This document shows positions 28,347-38,269 of a DNA stretch of 64,000 bases, piece by piece (position 1 is the stretch's first letter; every line of letters starts with the position of its first letter). This DNA comes from Dehalococcoidia bacterium. Its GTDB lineage: Bacteria > Chloroflexota > Dehalococcoidia > SM23-28-2 > RBG-16-64-32. Location: contig DAOUMV010000013.1 of assembly GCA_034408935.1 (NCBI GenBank), positions 50,759 to 114,758 on the forward strand. Reading direction: 5' to 3'. The notes beneath the pieces are model-generated. The model ran no database searches and was not told the origin of the DNA. It saw nothing but the letters and a program-made list of their open reading frames with translations. The position numbers and the translations under genes are program-made.

Positions 28347-29891
28347 CTAGAGCCTCCGCCACCTGCGGCCGTCGTGCTCCATGAAATCGTCGGCCTCGTC
28401 CGGGCCCCAGGTACCCGCCTCATAGTTGGGGAACTGCGGCGCCTGCGACCGGGCCCAGCCTTCGATGATGGACGTGACGAAGGCCCACGCCGCCTCCACC
28501 TCGTCGCGGCGAGTGAAGAGGGTGGCGTCCCCCAGCATGGCGTCCAGCAGCAGGCGCTCATAGGCGTCTGGAGCGGCGAAACCGAAGGAGGTGCCGTAGC
28601 GGAAGTCCATCTCCACCGGCCGGATGCGAAGGTCCGCCTGGGGCTCCGGCACTTTGGAACCGAACTTCAGAGAGATACCCTCGTCCGGCTGGATGGTGAT
28701 GCTGAGCACGTTGGGCTCAAGACGGCTGAAATCCACGGTTGGGAAGAGGGCCAGAGGCGGCTGCCTAAACACAATGGCGATCTCCGTCACCCGCTTGGGC
28801 AGGCGCTTGCCGGCACGGATGTAGAAGGGCACACCAGCCCAACGCCAGTTGTCCACGAACAGCTTCAGCGCCATGTAGGTCTCCGCGCCCGAGTCCGCAG
28901 CCACGTTCTTTTCCTCTCGATAGCCGATCACGGACTGACCGGAGATGACGCCGGACCGGTACTGGCCACGCACCGTGAACTCTCCAGTCTCCTCGGGCCG
29001 CATAGGGCGCACGGCGCGCAGGACTTTCACCTTCTCGTCGCGGACTGCATTCGGCTCGAAGGTGGCCGGGGGCTCCATCGCCGCCAGTGAGAGGAGCTGC
29101 ATGGCGTGGTTCTGGATGATGTCCCGCACGACCCCGGCCTGCTCGTAGTAGCCGCCGCGGCTCTCAACGCCGATGCTCTCGGCCGCCGTGATCTGCACAT
29201 GGTCGATGTATCGGCGGTTCCATATCGGCTCGAAGATGCCGTTGGCAAAGCGGAACACGAGGATGTTCTGCACGGTCTCTTTCCCTAGGTAGTGGTCGAT
29301 GCGGTATATCTGGTCCTCGTCGAACACGCCGTGGAGGATCCGGTTCAGCTCCACGGCGCTGTCCAGGTCGCGGCCGAACGGCTTCTCGACTATGATGCGC
29401 GTCCAGCCGCCTTCACTGCGGGCCAGACCCGCGTCGCCGAGGCGCTGAGCGATCTCGGCGTAGTAGCTGGGGGGCGTGGCCAGGTAGTACAGGCGGTTGC
29501 GAGACCCAGTCTTGCTCTCGATCTTTTCCAGTCTCTTGGCCAGATCCCGGTAACCCTCCGGGTCACTGAATTCGGACCGGCAGTAGTAGAGACGAGAGGC
29601 GAAGCCGTCCCAGACCGGCCTTCGCAGAGGCTGCGTGCGGGAGTGCTCCGCCGCCGCCCTTCGAAGCTCTGAGCGGAAGTGGTAGTGGGCTTTGGGCCGA
29701 CGGGCGAACCCCACCGCCGAGAACTCCCCGGGCAGCAGGCCCTCCAGCGCCAGGTTGTATAGGGCAGGGACCAGCTTGCGCTGCGTCAGGTCACCAGTGG
29801 CGCCGAAGATGACCAGGGTATTCGGCTCCGGCGTCCGTGGGCTGCGCATGCCCACCCGCAGCGGGTTCTCTTCCATCTTCCGAACCATCAC
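28347..29891 (-). CDS. zwf: Glucose-6-phosphate 1-dehydrogenase
   Basis: NADP-binding GATGDL, active-site RIDHYLGKE motif. Confidence 0.93.
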   Translation of the reverse strand: MMVRKMEENPLRVGMRSPRTPEPNTLVIFGATGDLTQRKLVPALYNLALEGLLPGEFSAVGFARRPKAHYHFRSELRRAAAEHSRTQPLRRPVWDGFASRLYYCRSEFSDPEGYRDLAKRLEKIESKTGSRNRLYYLATPPSYYAEIAQRLGDAGLARSEGGWTRIIVEKPFGRDLDSAVELNRILHGVFDEDQIYRIDHYLGKETVQNILVFRFANGIFEPIWNRRYIDHVQITAAESIGVESRGGYYEQAGVVRDIIQNHAMQLLSLAAMEPPATFEPNAVRDEKVKVLRAVRPMRPEETGEFTVRGQYRSGVISGQSVIGYREEKNVAADSGAETYMALKLFVDNWRWAGVPFYIRAGKRLPKRVTEIAIVFRQPPLALFPTVDFSRLEPNVLSITIQPDEGISLKFGSKVPEPQADLRIRPVEMDFRYGTSFGFAAPDAYERLLLDAMLGDATLFTRRDEVEAAWAFVTSIIEGWARSQAPQFPNYEAGTWGPDEADDFMEHDGRRWRRL

Positions 29892-29946
29892 ATCGCGCTC
29901 ATGTCGTATGAATGGCGGACAAGCGTCGCCTCAGGCCAATCGCCTA

Positions 29947-32793
29947 TCATCCCACTGCAGCCACCGAGGCCACCGCCGACCGGAGCGCCTGGGCCACTCT
30001 GTCCAGCCCGGCTTCTGCAACGTCCGACAGGTGGAGACGGACGACCCGACGCCCCCGCCGTTGCAGGGCCTCCATGTCCCCTAACGCCTGCGCCCGCTTC
30101 AGCGTGCCGAAGGTGTACGGCTGGCCAGGGACCTCCAGATCCTTGGCGTCGTCGGCGGTCAGCATGATGAACAGGCCGTGGTCATCGCCGCCCTTGTGGA
30201 GCTGGCCGGTGGAGTGCAGGTAGCGTGGGCCGTACCCCAGGGTGGTCGCCGCCCGCGTCCCATCGCGGATCGCCAGCCGCATGGACCGAAGAGCAGCCTC
30301 CGTCGCGGGCGTACGCGTGAGGTAGGCGGCCAGGGCGATGTAGTCGCCGGGCCGGACTTGACGCAGGAAGGAGGTTAGCGCCTCCACCAGGCCGCCGTCG
30401 GTCTTCTCTCCAAACAAGACGACCCCATCCTCCTGAAGGGCAGGCGAGCCCTCAGCGAGAGTCCCCTGCGAGCGGTACGCCTCCAGCAGGCGCTTAGTGT
30501 TCCCCTTGCTCTCGGCGACGTTGGGCTCGTCGAAGGGGTTGATGTCGAGCATAGCCCCCGCGGCGGCGGTGGCCAGCTCCCAGCGAAAGAACTCGCCGCC
30601 CAGGTCGTAGGCGTCCCTCAGGTGCAGGGTGACCACAGGCTGTCCCGCCGCTGCCAGCTTGCCGACGGCCTCGTCGAGGGAGTCGCCGCCGTCCAGGCGC
30701 AGGTGGACGAACAGACGGTCATCGCCGTAGGCGGAAGGGCCGCCCAGGGTCTCGCCGTCGACGGGGAGGATGCCCTTGCCCTCCTTGCCCGTGCTCTCGG
30801 CGATGAGTTGCTCCACCCAGGCACCGAAGGAGGCCACCGCCGGGGAGACGGCCAGGGTGAGCTTGTCGCGGCCAGCCAGGGCCAGCTCGCCGAGGAGGGC
30901 GCCCAACCAGAGGCCAGGGTTCTCAGGCGCGGCCACGCAGGAAGCGCTCGCCTCGGCCATGGTCAGGCCTCGGTCCAGAAGCTTCGCCACGTCGGCGCCG
31001 GTAAGGGCCGCCGGGACGAGACCGAAGTAGGACAGGGCAGAGTAGCGGCCGCCGATGTCGGAAGGGTTAGTGAAGACGCGGCGAAACCGGTGCCGACGCG
31101 CCAGCTCCTGCAGCGGCGTGCCATCATCGGTGATGGCGACGAAGTTCTCCCCTGCGGCGTCGCCCTTGGCAGCCTTCACCCGCTCCATGAAGTAGGCGAA
31201 CAGGGAGAGCACCTCCACTGTGGTGCCCGACTTGCTGGCGACCAAGAACAGGGCCTTCGCGGGGTCCAGCGCGTTGTCCACCGCTCGGATTGAGGCCGGG
31301 TCGGTGGTGTCCAGCACCACGAGGTCCGGGTAGCCGTCGCCCACGCCGAGGGTCGAGCGCAGAACCTCCGGCGCCAGGCTGGAGCCGCCCATACCCAGAA
31401 GGACGACATACCGGTAGCCGGCGGCCCGGATCTGGTCAGCAAAGGAGGTCAGGCTGTCGCAGACGTCGGTCATCTTCTCCGCCACGGTCAGCCAGCCCAG
31501 GCGGTTCTTAATCGCCTGCTGGATCGTGGCGTCAGCGGACCAGAGGGAGGCATCCCTGGCGTGGAGTCTGGCTGCGAAGCCATCCCTCTCCAGCCGCTGC
31601 AACCTGTCGCTGACGCGCCGCTGGTGCTCCCCCAGAGCGGCGGCCTGGCGTTCCTGTACGCCGGAGAGGATAGCCGTGCGCTGGGCGGAGATACAGTCCG
31701 TGAGCTGGTGGAACGAATCGGCGAAGAGCTTGACCCCGTCCTCCAAGAGCTGCGCCGTGATCTCGTCCATGTCGATGCCGAACCTGGCCAGAGCTGCCAG
31801 GCTGGCCTCGGCCTCCTCCAGACCCTCCTCGAGCGAGGGCCGCACGACCCCGTGGTCGCGGAAGGCGTCCAGGGTGGCCGGGGGCATGGTGTTGACGGTG
31901 TCGGGGCCGATGAGTGGCTCCACGTACATGACGTCGCTGTAGCTGGGGCTCTTGGTGCCGGTGCTGGCCCACAGGGGCCGCTGGACGCGGGCGCCCTTCT
32001 CCCTCAGGGCCTGGAAGCGTTGGCTGCCGAAGATCGTCTTGAAGCGAGCGTAAGCCAGCTTGGCGTTGGCGATGGCCGCCTTGCCCAGGAGCGCCTCTTC
32101 CCCCGCCCTGCGTGCGTCGTCCTCCGTCTCCCGGATAAGCGCCTCCAGCCTGTGGTCCACCAGCGTGTCCACGCGGCTAAGGAAGAAGCTGGCCACCGAG
32201 GCGACCCGCGTCACGTCGCCGCCGGCCGCGGCGAGTCTCTCCAGGCCAGCGACGTAGGCGTTGGCGGCCTGCTCGTAGGCGCTCAGGGAGAAGAGCAGGG
32301 TGACGTTGACGTTGACTCCTTCGCCGATGAGTTGCTCGATGGCGGGCATGCCCTCGGGCGTGCCGGGGACTTTGATCATCACGTTGGGTCGGTCAACGGC
32401 GGCGAACAGCCGACGCGCCTCCTCGACCGTCGCCTGCGTGTCATAGGCCAGATCCGGGGAGACTTCGAGGCTGACGAAGCCGTCGGCGCCGTCCAGCGAA
32501 TCGTAAACGGGGCGAAAGAGGTCGGCCGCGGCCTGGATGTCCTCCACGGCCAGCGCCTCGTAGATCTCGCCCGTGCTTCTCCCTTCCTGAGCGAGCGCTC
32601 GCAGCGCGTCGTCGTAGTCGTGACTGCCGGAGATCGCCTTCTCGAAGTAGGTGGGGTTGGATGTCTGACCGCGCAGCCCATCCTCCTCGATAAGCCTTTT
32701 CAGCTCACCGGAGAGCGTCTGGTTCCGGCGGATGTAGTCCTGCCAGACGCTCTGGCCCTGCCTCTCAAGCTCTCGCAACGGGTTCGCAGCCAT
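29947..32793 (-). CDS. tal-pgi: Bifunctional transaldolase / glucose-6-phosphate isomerase fusion
   Basis: N-terminal transaldolase (GQTSNPT, active-site Lys region) and C-terminal PGI (LLGMGGSSLAPE SIS domains). Confidence 0.88.
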   Translation of the reverse strand: MAANPLRELERQGQSVWQDYIRRNQTLSGELKRLIEEDGLRGQTSNPTYFEKAISGSHDYDDALRALAQEGRSTGEIYEALAVEDIQAAADLFRPVYDSLDGADGFVSLEVSPDLAYDTQATVEEARRLFAAVDRPNVMIKVPGTPEGMPAIEQLIGEGVNVNVTLLFSLSAYEQAANAYVAGLERLAAAGGDVTRVASVASFFLSRVDTLVDHRLEALIRETEDDARRAGEEALLGKAAIANAKLAYARFKTIFGSQRFQALREKGARVQRPLWASTGTKSPSYSDVMYVEPLIGPDTVNTMPPATLDAFRDHGVVRPSLEEGLEEAEASLAALARFGIDMDEITAQLLEDGVKLFADSFHQLTDCISAQRTAILSGVQERQAAALGEHQRRVSDRLQRLERDGFAARLHARDASLWSADATIQQAIKNRLGWLTVAEKMTDVCDSLTSFADQIRAAGYRYVVLLGMGGSSLAPEVLRSTLGVGDGYPDLVVLDTTDPASIRAVDNALDPAKALFLVASKSGTTVEVLSLFAYFMERVKAAKGDAAGENFVAITDDGTPLQELARRHRFRRVFTNPSDIGGRYSALSYFGLVPAALTGADVAKLLDRGLTMAEASASCVAAPENPGLWLGALLGELALAGRDKLTLAVSPAVASFGAWVEQLIAESTGKEGKGILPVDGETLGGPSAYGDDRLFVHLRLDGGDSLDEAVGKLAAAGQPVVTLHLRDAYDLGGEFFRWELATAAAGAMLDINPFDEPNVAESKGNTKRLLEAYRSQGTLAEGSPALQEDGVVLFGEKTDGGLVEALTSFLRQVRPGDYIALAAYLTRTPATEAALRSMRLAIRDGTRAATTLGYGPRYLHSTGQLHKGGDDHGLFIMLTADDAKDLEVPGQPYTFGTLKRAQALGDMEALQRRGRRVVRLHLSDVAEAGLDRVAQALRSAVASVAAVG

Positions 32794-32908
32794 CTCTGTC
32801 TCCCTCTAGCGCCGCAGTGCAGGCGTTTCGCGTTCCAATTGAAGCCAGGGGACTCAGACGAGCGCTGCGGTCACACTATTATACGGTGGCCGGCAGCCTG
32901 TCGTCCGA

Positions 32909-34120
32909 TCAGGCAGCAGCGGTCTTGGCGGGCACGTCTCCCAGCTTCTGGAGGTGCTGGCGCGCCATCAGCAGGGCGGTCACGCCCTCGCCGACGGCGC
33001 TGGCGAGCTGCTTGGTGCTCCCCCGACGGACGTCGCCGGCAGCGAACACCCCCGGGACGGAGGTCTCAAACGTCTCGTCGGTGACGATGAAGCCGTACTT
33101 GTCGGTCTCCACGGCGTCCTTGAGGAAGCCGGTGTTAGGGGTGAGGCCGATGAACACGAAGGCGGCAGCGGGATGGAGCTCCACCGTCTCCCCCGTCTCG
33201 CGGTTCCTGGCCAGGACGGCGCTGAGCTTTCCTTTGCCCCGGAACTCTATCACCTCGGTATTGGTGAGGATGTTGAACTTGGGGTCGGAGCGAATCTTCT
33301 CCTGGAGGAGCCCGCTGGCGGCAAGCTCCGGCGTGAACTCCACCAGCGTCAGGCGGTCAGTGAACTGGGAGAGGAAGAGGCCTTCCTCAACACCGGAGTT
33401 GCCACCGCCGATGACCATCAGCTCCTCGGAGTCCTTGTAGAAGGGGCCGTCGCAGGTGGCGCAGAAGTGGATGCCGGCGCCGATGAGGTCCTCCTCTCCC
33501 GGCACACCCAGCCGCCGGTAGGTGGAGCCCGTGACCACTATCGCCGCGCGGGAGCCGTACTCCTCGCCCGTCTCGGTAGTGACGCAGATGTATGGATCAT
33601 CTCGTCGCAGCGACTTGGCGCCCACGGCGGAGAGGAGCTCCACTCCGTAGCGCTGCGCCTGCTTCACCATGCGATCGGCCAGCTCGGCGCCGCCGATGCC
33701 CTCGGGGAAGCCGGGGTAGTTGTCGATGCGCTCGGTGGTGCCGGCCTGGCCCCCCAGGGCGCTCTTCTCGATGACCAGGGTATCGATGCCCTCGCGGGCG
33801 CCGTAGATCGCCGCCGTCAGGCCAGCCGGGCCGCCGCCGACGATGATCAGGTCGTAGAACGAGCGCTCCGCCTTGAGGCTGAGTCCCAGCTTCTGGGCTA
33901 GCTCGTCGTTGCTCGGCTCCGCCAGGAATGAGCCATCCGGGAAGATGATGGTGGGGATGATCTGCTTGCCGTCGTTCTTCTCGCGGACGAAGGCGGCGGC
34001 CCTCTCGTCCTGATCGATGTCGATCCACTCGTAGGGGATGCGCATCTCACCGAGGAACTGCTTGGAGCGGCGGCAATCGGGGCACCAGGGAGCCCCGTAT
34101 ACCTTGATCTTCTCACTCAT
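32909..34120 (-). CDS. trxB: Thioredoxin-disulfide reductase with N-terminal glutaredoxin-like domain (Grx-TrxR fusion)
   Basis: N-terminal CPDC redox motif in Grx/NrdH fold; C-terminal FAD GGGPAG, redox CATC, NADPH GGGNSG motifs. Confidence 0.8.
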   Translation of the reverse strand: MSEKIKVYGAPWCPDCRRSKQFLGEMRIPYEWIDIDQDERAAAFVREKNDGKQIIPTIIFPDGSFLAEPSNDELAQKLGLSLKAERSFYDLIIVGGGPAGLTAAIYGAREGIDTLVIEKSALGGQAGTTERIDNYPGFPEGIGGAELADRMVKQAQRYGVELLSAVGAKSLRRDDPYICVTTETGEEYGSRAAIVVTGSTYRRLGVPGEEDLIGAGIHFCATCDGPFYKDSEELMVIGGGNSGVEEGLFLSQFTDRLTLVEFTPELAASGLLQEKIRSDPKFNILTNTEVIEFRGKGKLSAVLARNRETGETVELHPAAAFVFIGLTPNTGFLKDAVETDKYGFIVTDETFETSVPGVFAAGDVRRGSTKQLASAVGEGVTALLMARQHLQKLGDVPAKTAAA

Positions 34121-34279
34121 CGTCTCCTCCTGCGCGGCAAGCTCCTGCGCTTCAACGTGGAATCCTCCACGAATGATCCCGCCGCTGTCATGCTCGGCGT
34201 ACCCTATGGGGGTATACGGCCGCCGGTGGATATCGGTTTGCCGGAGGAGCCCACCGGGCGGCAGCGAGTCGCCTTGTGG

Positions 34280-35656
34280 CTACCAGCCGGCGAACCGTCG
34301 CACACAGGCGATGGAGCAATCGCGTCCATGGACTCGCTCTGCCTCCGCGATCGCCTCTTCCACGGAGGCGGTGGGGATGAAGCCGACGTGGCGTGGCACA
34401 GCCGGATCCACGGCCCCGGCCACGAAGACCCGCCCGGCGTGCTTCAGGCGCTTGAGGGGGTGGGTGGCCAGGATGGCGTGCACCGGGTGGAACGCCACGC
34501 CGAAGCGATAGCGCTCGATGAAACCGGCGTGCTTGGCGTACTCTTCGCCGAAGCGCTCGCTGATCTCGTAGGGATCGCGTGACTGCGGCAGCACGCGCCG
34601 CCAGACGTCCTCATGGGCGGGATGGTGCTCCAGGTCCCAGTCATCAGGGCAAGGCGTAGCCATGATCACGGAGCAGCCGGGCTTTCCCAGCGCCTCTATG
34701 TAGCCACCCAGATAGCCCAGCCCGGAGGAGACCAGGGTGAGCAGCGGGTTCATTCGGGCGTAGGTGGCGTATGGGCTCCAGGCCAGCACGCCGTAGACGA
34801 CGATGTCCGCCGACTCAGCCTCGCTGCGCCGGGGCTTGTGCAGCGAGGTCTGCACCTCCAGGGCGGCGGCTCGTGTCTCCGTCACACCCCCCGCCCAGAT
34901 CCGCCCGATGGTGGCAGGGTTGGCCAGGAGCGTCTCCACCTTGAACACGCGTCGCCCCAGGCGAGACTCGATCAGCGCACCCATCTCATCCAGCACCTTG
35001 TGCATGCGGTTCTCTCGCACGGACATCGTCATACCGTCCGGGGTATGCGTCCAGCGGATGGAGCGCCAGGTGGAGAGACCGATGCAGACGGACTTCCAGC
35101 CGCCGTTGAATCCAAGCTGACAGCCCGCGTTGACGTAGATGGCGAGGTCGGAGTCCACCACCAGGCGGTGGACCTCCACATCGTAGCCGCTGGGCGTGGT
35201 GCCCAGGTAGGTCAGGTTCTCCGGGTCCTCTGCGTCGTGGCAGGCCAGGCGCTGACCGAACCGCTGCACCAAGTCTGGCCCCAGGATGGACGCCAGCTCT
35301 GTGGACGTCCACTTCCGGTGGAGAGCGTTGGCGCAAACCAGATTCACGTTCTCCTCAGGCACGCCTGCTTCGGCCAACTCCCCCAGAATCGCCTCGATAG
35401 CCAGGCGGCGCACGGGGCCGAAGGAGGGCACTGTGGGGTCATCGAAGGCGATGAGAACTCGAGCGCCAGGACGCACCAGCTCGCGGATGCGAGGGAGGCC
35501 AAGCGGTCGGGCCAGGGCCTCGCGCACAGCGGCATCCTGGTTGGCGACCGGCTGCAGGCGGGGCCTGTCTGAGGCGCCATCTCCGCCGATGAGCTGCGTG
35601 CGCTCGGGAAGGTTGACGTTGACGGTGCTGTCGCCAAACAGAAGCGTCGCTTCCAT
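34280..35656 (-). CDS. LarA-like (nickel-pincer lactate racemase family, DUF2088) protein
   Basis: Length and N-terminal domain pattern of LarA family; no larBCE nearby. Confidence 0.5.
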   Translation of the reverse strand: MEATLLFGDSTVNVNLPERTQLIGGDGASDRPRLQPVANQDAAVREALARPLGLPRIRELVRPGARVLIAFDDPTVPSFGPVRRLAIEAILGELAEAGVPEENVNLVCANALHRKWTSTELASILGPDLVQRFGQRLACHDAEDPENLTYLGTTPSGYDVEVHRLVVDSDLAIYVNAGCQLGFNGGWKSVCIGLSTWRSIRWTHTPDGMTMSVRENRMHKVLDEMGALIESRLGRRVFKVETLLANPATIGRIWAGGVTETRAAALEVQTSLHKPRRSEAESADIVVYGVLAWSPYATYARMNPLLTLVSSGLGYLGGYIEALGKPGCSVIMATPCPDDWDLEHHPAHEDVWRRVLPQSRDPYEISERFGEEYAKHAGFIERYRFGVAFHPVHAILATHPLKRLKHAGRVFVAGAVDPAVPRHVGFIPTASVEEAIAEAERVHGRDCSIACVRRFAGW

Positions 35657-35673
35657 CGCTGTGACCTCCTTGT

Positions 35674-36615
35674 CTAGAGCCCGCCTGCCAGGAATCGGCG
35701 TGGGTTGTCCACGGTCATCTTGCGGATAGTGGCCTCGTCCACACCATCGGCGCGCAGGGCGGGCAGCGCTGTGGTCGAGAGGAACAGGTAGCGCGTGGGC
35801 CGCTCCGGCTCGGGCCCTGATCCGTCCGCGAGGTAGGCGCCAGGTGCGTAGTCATGTCCCACCATCAGGCGGTCCGCCCAGCCGCGTTCGATGAGCGCCT
35901 TGACGGTGGTGTTCCGCTCTCGCCAGTCGGGCATCCCCGGTCGGGCGGGATAGCGGTCCATGCAGAGGTAGACGCCCTGCTTGAGCAGGCCCTCTAGGTA
36001 TTCCACATCCGTCGTGTCGGCGCTGTGGCCGATGCAGACGCGGCTGGTATCCACCCCCTCGTCAAGGAACACTTCCAGTTGCCGACGACCGATCTCATCG
36101 GGCGCCCACTGGTGGGTGGTGATGGGCACGCCGGTGGCTTTGCAGGCCCGAGCCGCCGCCCGCAGCACCAACTCAGCCGGAGGAGTGATACCCTCCTGAT
36201 CGTTGGCCACCTTGATGACTCCGGCCCTGATCCGCTTCGGCCCCATGCCCTCCTGTATCTCATGAATGAACACGTCAGCGATGAAGTCGGGGTCACGCTC
36301 CCAGAAGAAACGGGGGATGTCCCGCCACAGACCGGTGGCTACCACCACCTGCACGCCACTGGCCCGCGATACATCGGCCACGAAGTCCACGTCGCGTGAC
36401 AGGTCCATGGCCGTGGCGTCGATGATGGTGTCCACGCCTCCAGCCTTGGCCTCGGACAGTTCCCTGATGACGCGGTCGCGTGTGCGTGGTATGTCGAACA
36501 GGAAGGGGTACGTCTCGCGCACGCCCGCGGAGCCGACGATGATGTGCTCATGGCTTAGGGTGAAGCCCAGCCTGTCTTCGTCAACGGGCCCGGTGGCGGT
36601 CTGGACGATTGCCAT
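35674..36615 (-). CDS. Phosphotriesterase-family protein (amidohydrolase superfamily)
   Basis: Metal-binding HxH (TLSHEHI), downstream His/Asp ligands. Confidence 0.75.
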   Translation of the reverse strand: MAIVQTATGPVDEDRLGFTLSHEHIIVGSAGVRETYPFLFDIPRTRDRVIRELSEAKAGGVDTIIDATAMDLSRDVDFVADVSRASGVQVVVATGLWRDIPRFFWERDPDFIADVFIHEIQEGMGPKRIRAGVIKVANDQEGITPPAELVLRAAARACKATGVPITTHQWAPDEIGRRQLEVFLDEGVDTSRVCIGHSADTTDVEYLEGLLKQGVYLCMDRYPARPGMPDWRERNTTVKALIERGWADRLMVGHDYAPGAYLADGSGPEPERPTRYLFLSTTALPALRADGVDEATIRKMTVDNPRRFLAGGL

Positions 36616-36714
36616 AGCTGCCTCCCCCGTCGCCTACACTGCCTTCTTCAACTGCTCTGAGGCCTCGCCCTTGTCATGGGGTCGATTATAGCGCTAGGGG
36701 GAGGCAATTCTCTT

Positions 36715-37866
36715 TCATCGGGCGCCGGATGCCATGTCCCGACTGCCCCCCAGTTCGCTGCGGACCTGCATCAGGCGCAACACGTCCGCCCTGGTGACGA
36801 ACCCGACGAAACTACCGAACTCCAAGACCGGGAGCTGATTGACGTTCTCTCCGGCCATGATCTCCAGTGCCGCCGCTATGTCCTCTCGGGCGTCCACCTG
36901 GTGTAGCTTTTCCCGCGGTGTCATGGCCCTGAAGGCGCTGGTGCTCTCCCACTCCTCACGCGGCACTCGCTTGAGGTCCCGCATCGTCACCAGGCCCAGC
37001 AGCTCTGCGGCAACCACTATAGGGACACAGCGCTGGCCGCCGGCGAGCATGTATTCGTTGGCCAGCGTACTGAGGCTAACGTCCGGAGGCGCGGCCTCGA
37101 AGCTGCGGTTGACCAGGTCGGCCACCTTGGTGCCCCCCAGAGTGCTGCGCGACAGCAGTTGCTGGTAGGAGGCCTCCGAGACGTTGCGCAGGAACCAGCC
37201 GATGACGATGAACCAGGCGCCGCCAATGAAGTTCCCGGCCAGGATGGAAACGACACCGATGGCGATGAGCCCGAAGGCGATGAACGTTCCCGCTATTGAG
37301 GCTCTCCGCGTCGCAGTGAGCAGGTTCCGTCCCCGCGCCCAGAGCCCAGCCCGCAGCACCCGTCCCCCATCTAGCGGGTATCCTGGCAGCATGTTGAATA
37401 TGCCAACGGCGAAGTTGATGAACGCCAGGTAGAGGGCAACGGCAGCGGGCGGGCTGTCCCCCACATCGCTGAGGATGGCCACCACCGCAATGATGCCGAA
37501 GATGGCACCCAGAATGAAGCTGACCAGCGGCCCGACGATGGCCACGCGGAACTCCTGGCCGGGCGTCCGCGGTTCACCGCCCAGGGCGGAGACGCCGCCA
37601 AAGATGAACAGGGTGATGCTCTTGACAGGCAACCCCTCCCACCTGGCCACCAGGGAATGGGCCAGCTCATGCAGGAGGATCGAGGCGAAGAAGGCCAGGG
37701 CGGCGGCCACCGATGCCCCCCAGCGCTGGCTGGTAGTCCAGTCCCCATACTCGTCCTTGAAGAAGCCCTGCGCCAGCCACCAAGTTAGGAGGGCGAAGAT
37801 GGCCAGCCAGCTCCAGTGGACGAGGACGTCGATGCCGAAGACGCGCAGCAGCCGGTAGGAGCCCAT
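36715..37866 (-). CDS. Site-2 protease (M50) family membrane metalloprotease with C-terminal CBS pair
   Basis: HELAH zinc motif in TM helix, LDG motif (NMLPGYPLDGG), tandem CBS domains. Confidence 0.82.
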   Translation of the reverse strand: MGSYRLLRVFGIDVLVHWSWLAIFALLTWWLAQGFFKDEYGDWTTSQRWGASVAAALAFFASILLHELAHSLVARWEGLPVKSITLFIFGGVSALGGEPRTPGQEFRVAIVGPLVSFILGAIFGIIAVVAILSDVGDSPPAAVALYLAFINFAVGIFNMLPGYPLDGGRVLRAGLWARGRNLLTATRRASIAGTFIAFGLIAIGVVSILAGNFIGGAWFIVIGWFLRNVSEASYQQLLSRSTLGGTKVADLVNRSFEAAPPDVSLSTLANEYMLAGGQRCVPIVVAAELLGLVTMRDLKRVPREEWESTSAFRAMTPREKLHQVDAREDIAAALEIMAGENVNQLPVLEFGSFVGFVTRADVLRLMQVRSELGGSRDMASGAR

Positions 37867-37883
37867 TTGCCTCTATCATCTCA

Positions 37884-38156
37884 TTATCGCCACTGACTGT
37901 CATCGAGCCTCGCTCGCAGCTCCTCTTCGCCGAGGCCTTCCACCTCCACCAGTTTGTCCCGCGACGTCGCCCCGCGCACGATGGTGAGGTTCGCCGGGGC
38001 CACGCCGAGCCCGCGGGCGAGCAGCCGGAGGACGGCCTCATTGGCGCGGCCCTTCTCCGGCCGCGCCCGCACCTTGACTCGCAGCGAGCCGGCGCGCCAG
38101 CCGGCGATCTCATCTTGCTTGGCGCCAGGGGTCACATGCACCCTCAATATGGCCAT
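37884..38156 (-). CDS. DUF167 (YggU) family protein
   Basis: Characteristic VHVTPGAKQDEI...LRVKVRARPEKGRAN sequence. Confidence 0.75.
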   Translation of the reverse strand: MAILRVHVTPGAKQDEIAGWRAGSLRVKVRARPEKGRANEAVLRLLARGLGVAPANLTIVRGATSRDKLVEVEGLGEEELRARLDDSQWR

Positions 38157-38269
38157 CTGTCGACGCTCCAACGGCACCTGCATGGCAGGGGAAGGGGGTT
38201 CCTGCTATTATAGCCGCACCATGCCGGAACAGCCCGACCAGCTAAGACCCACGGCCTTAGGCGTCCACC

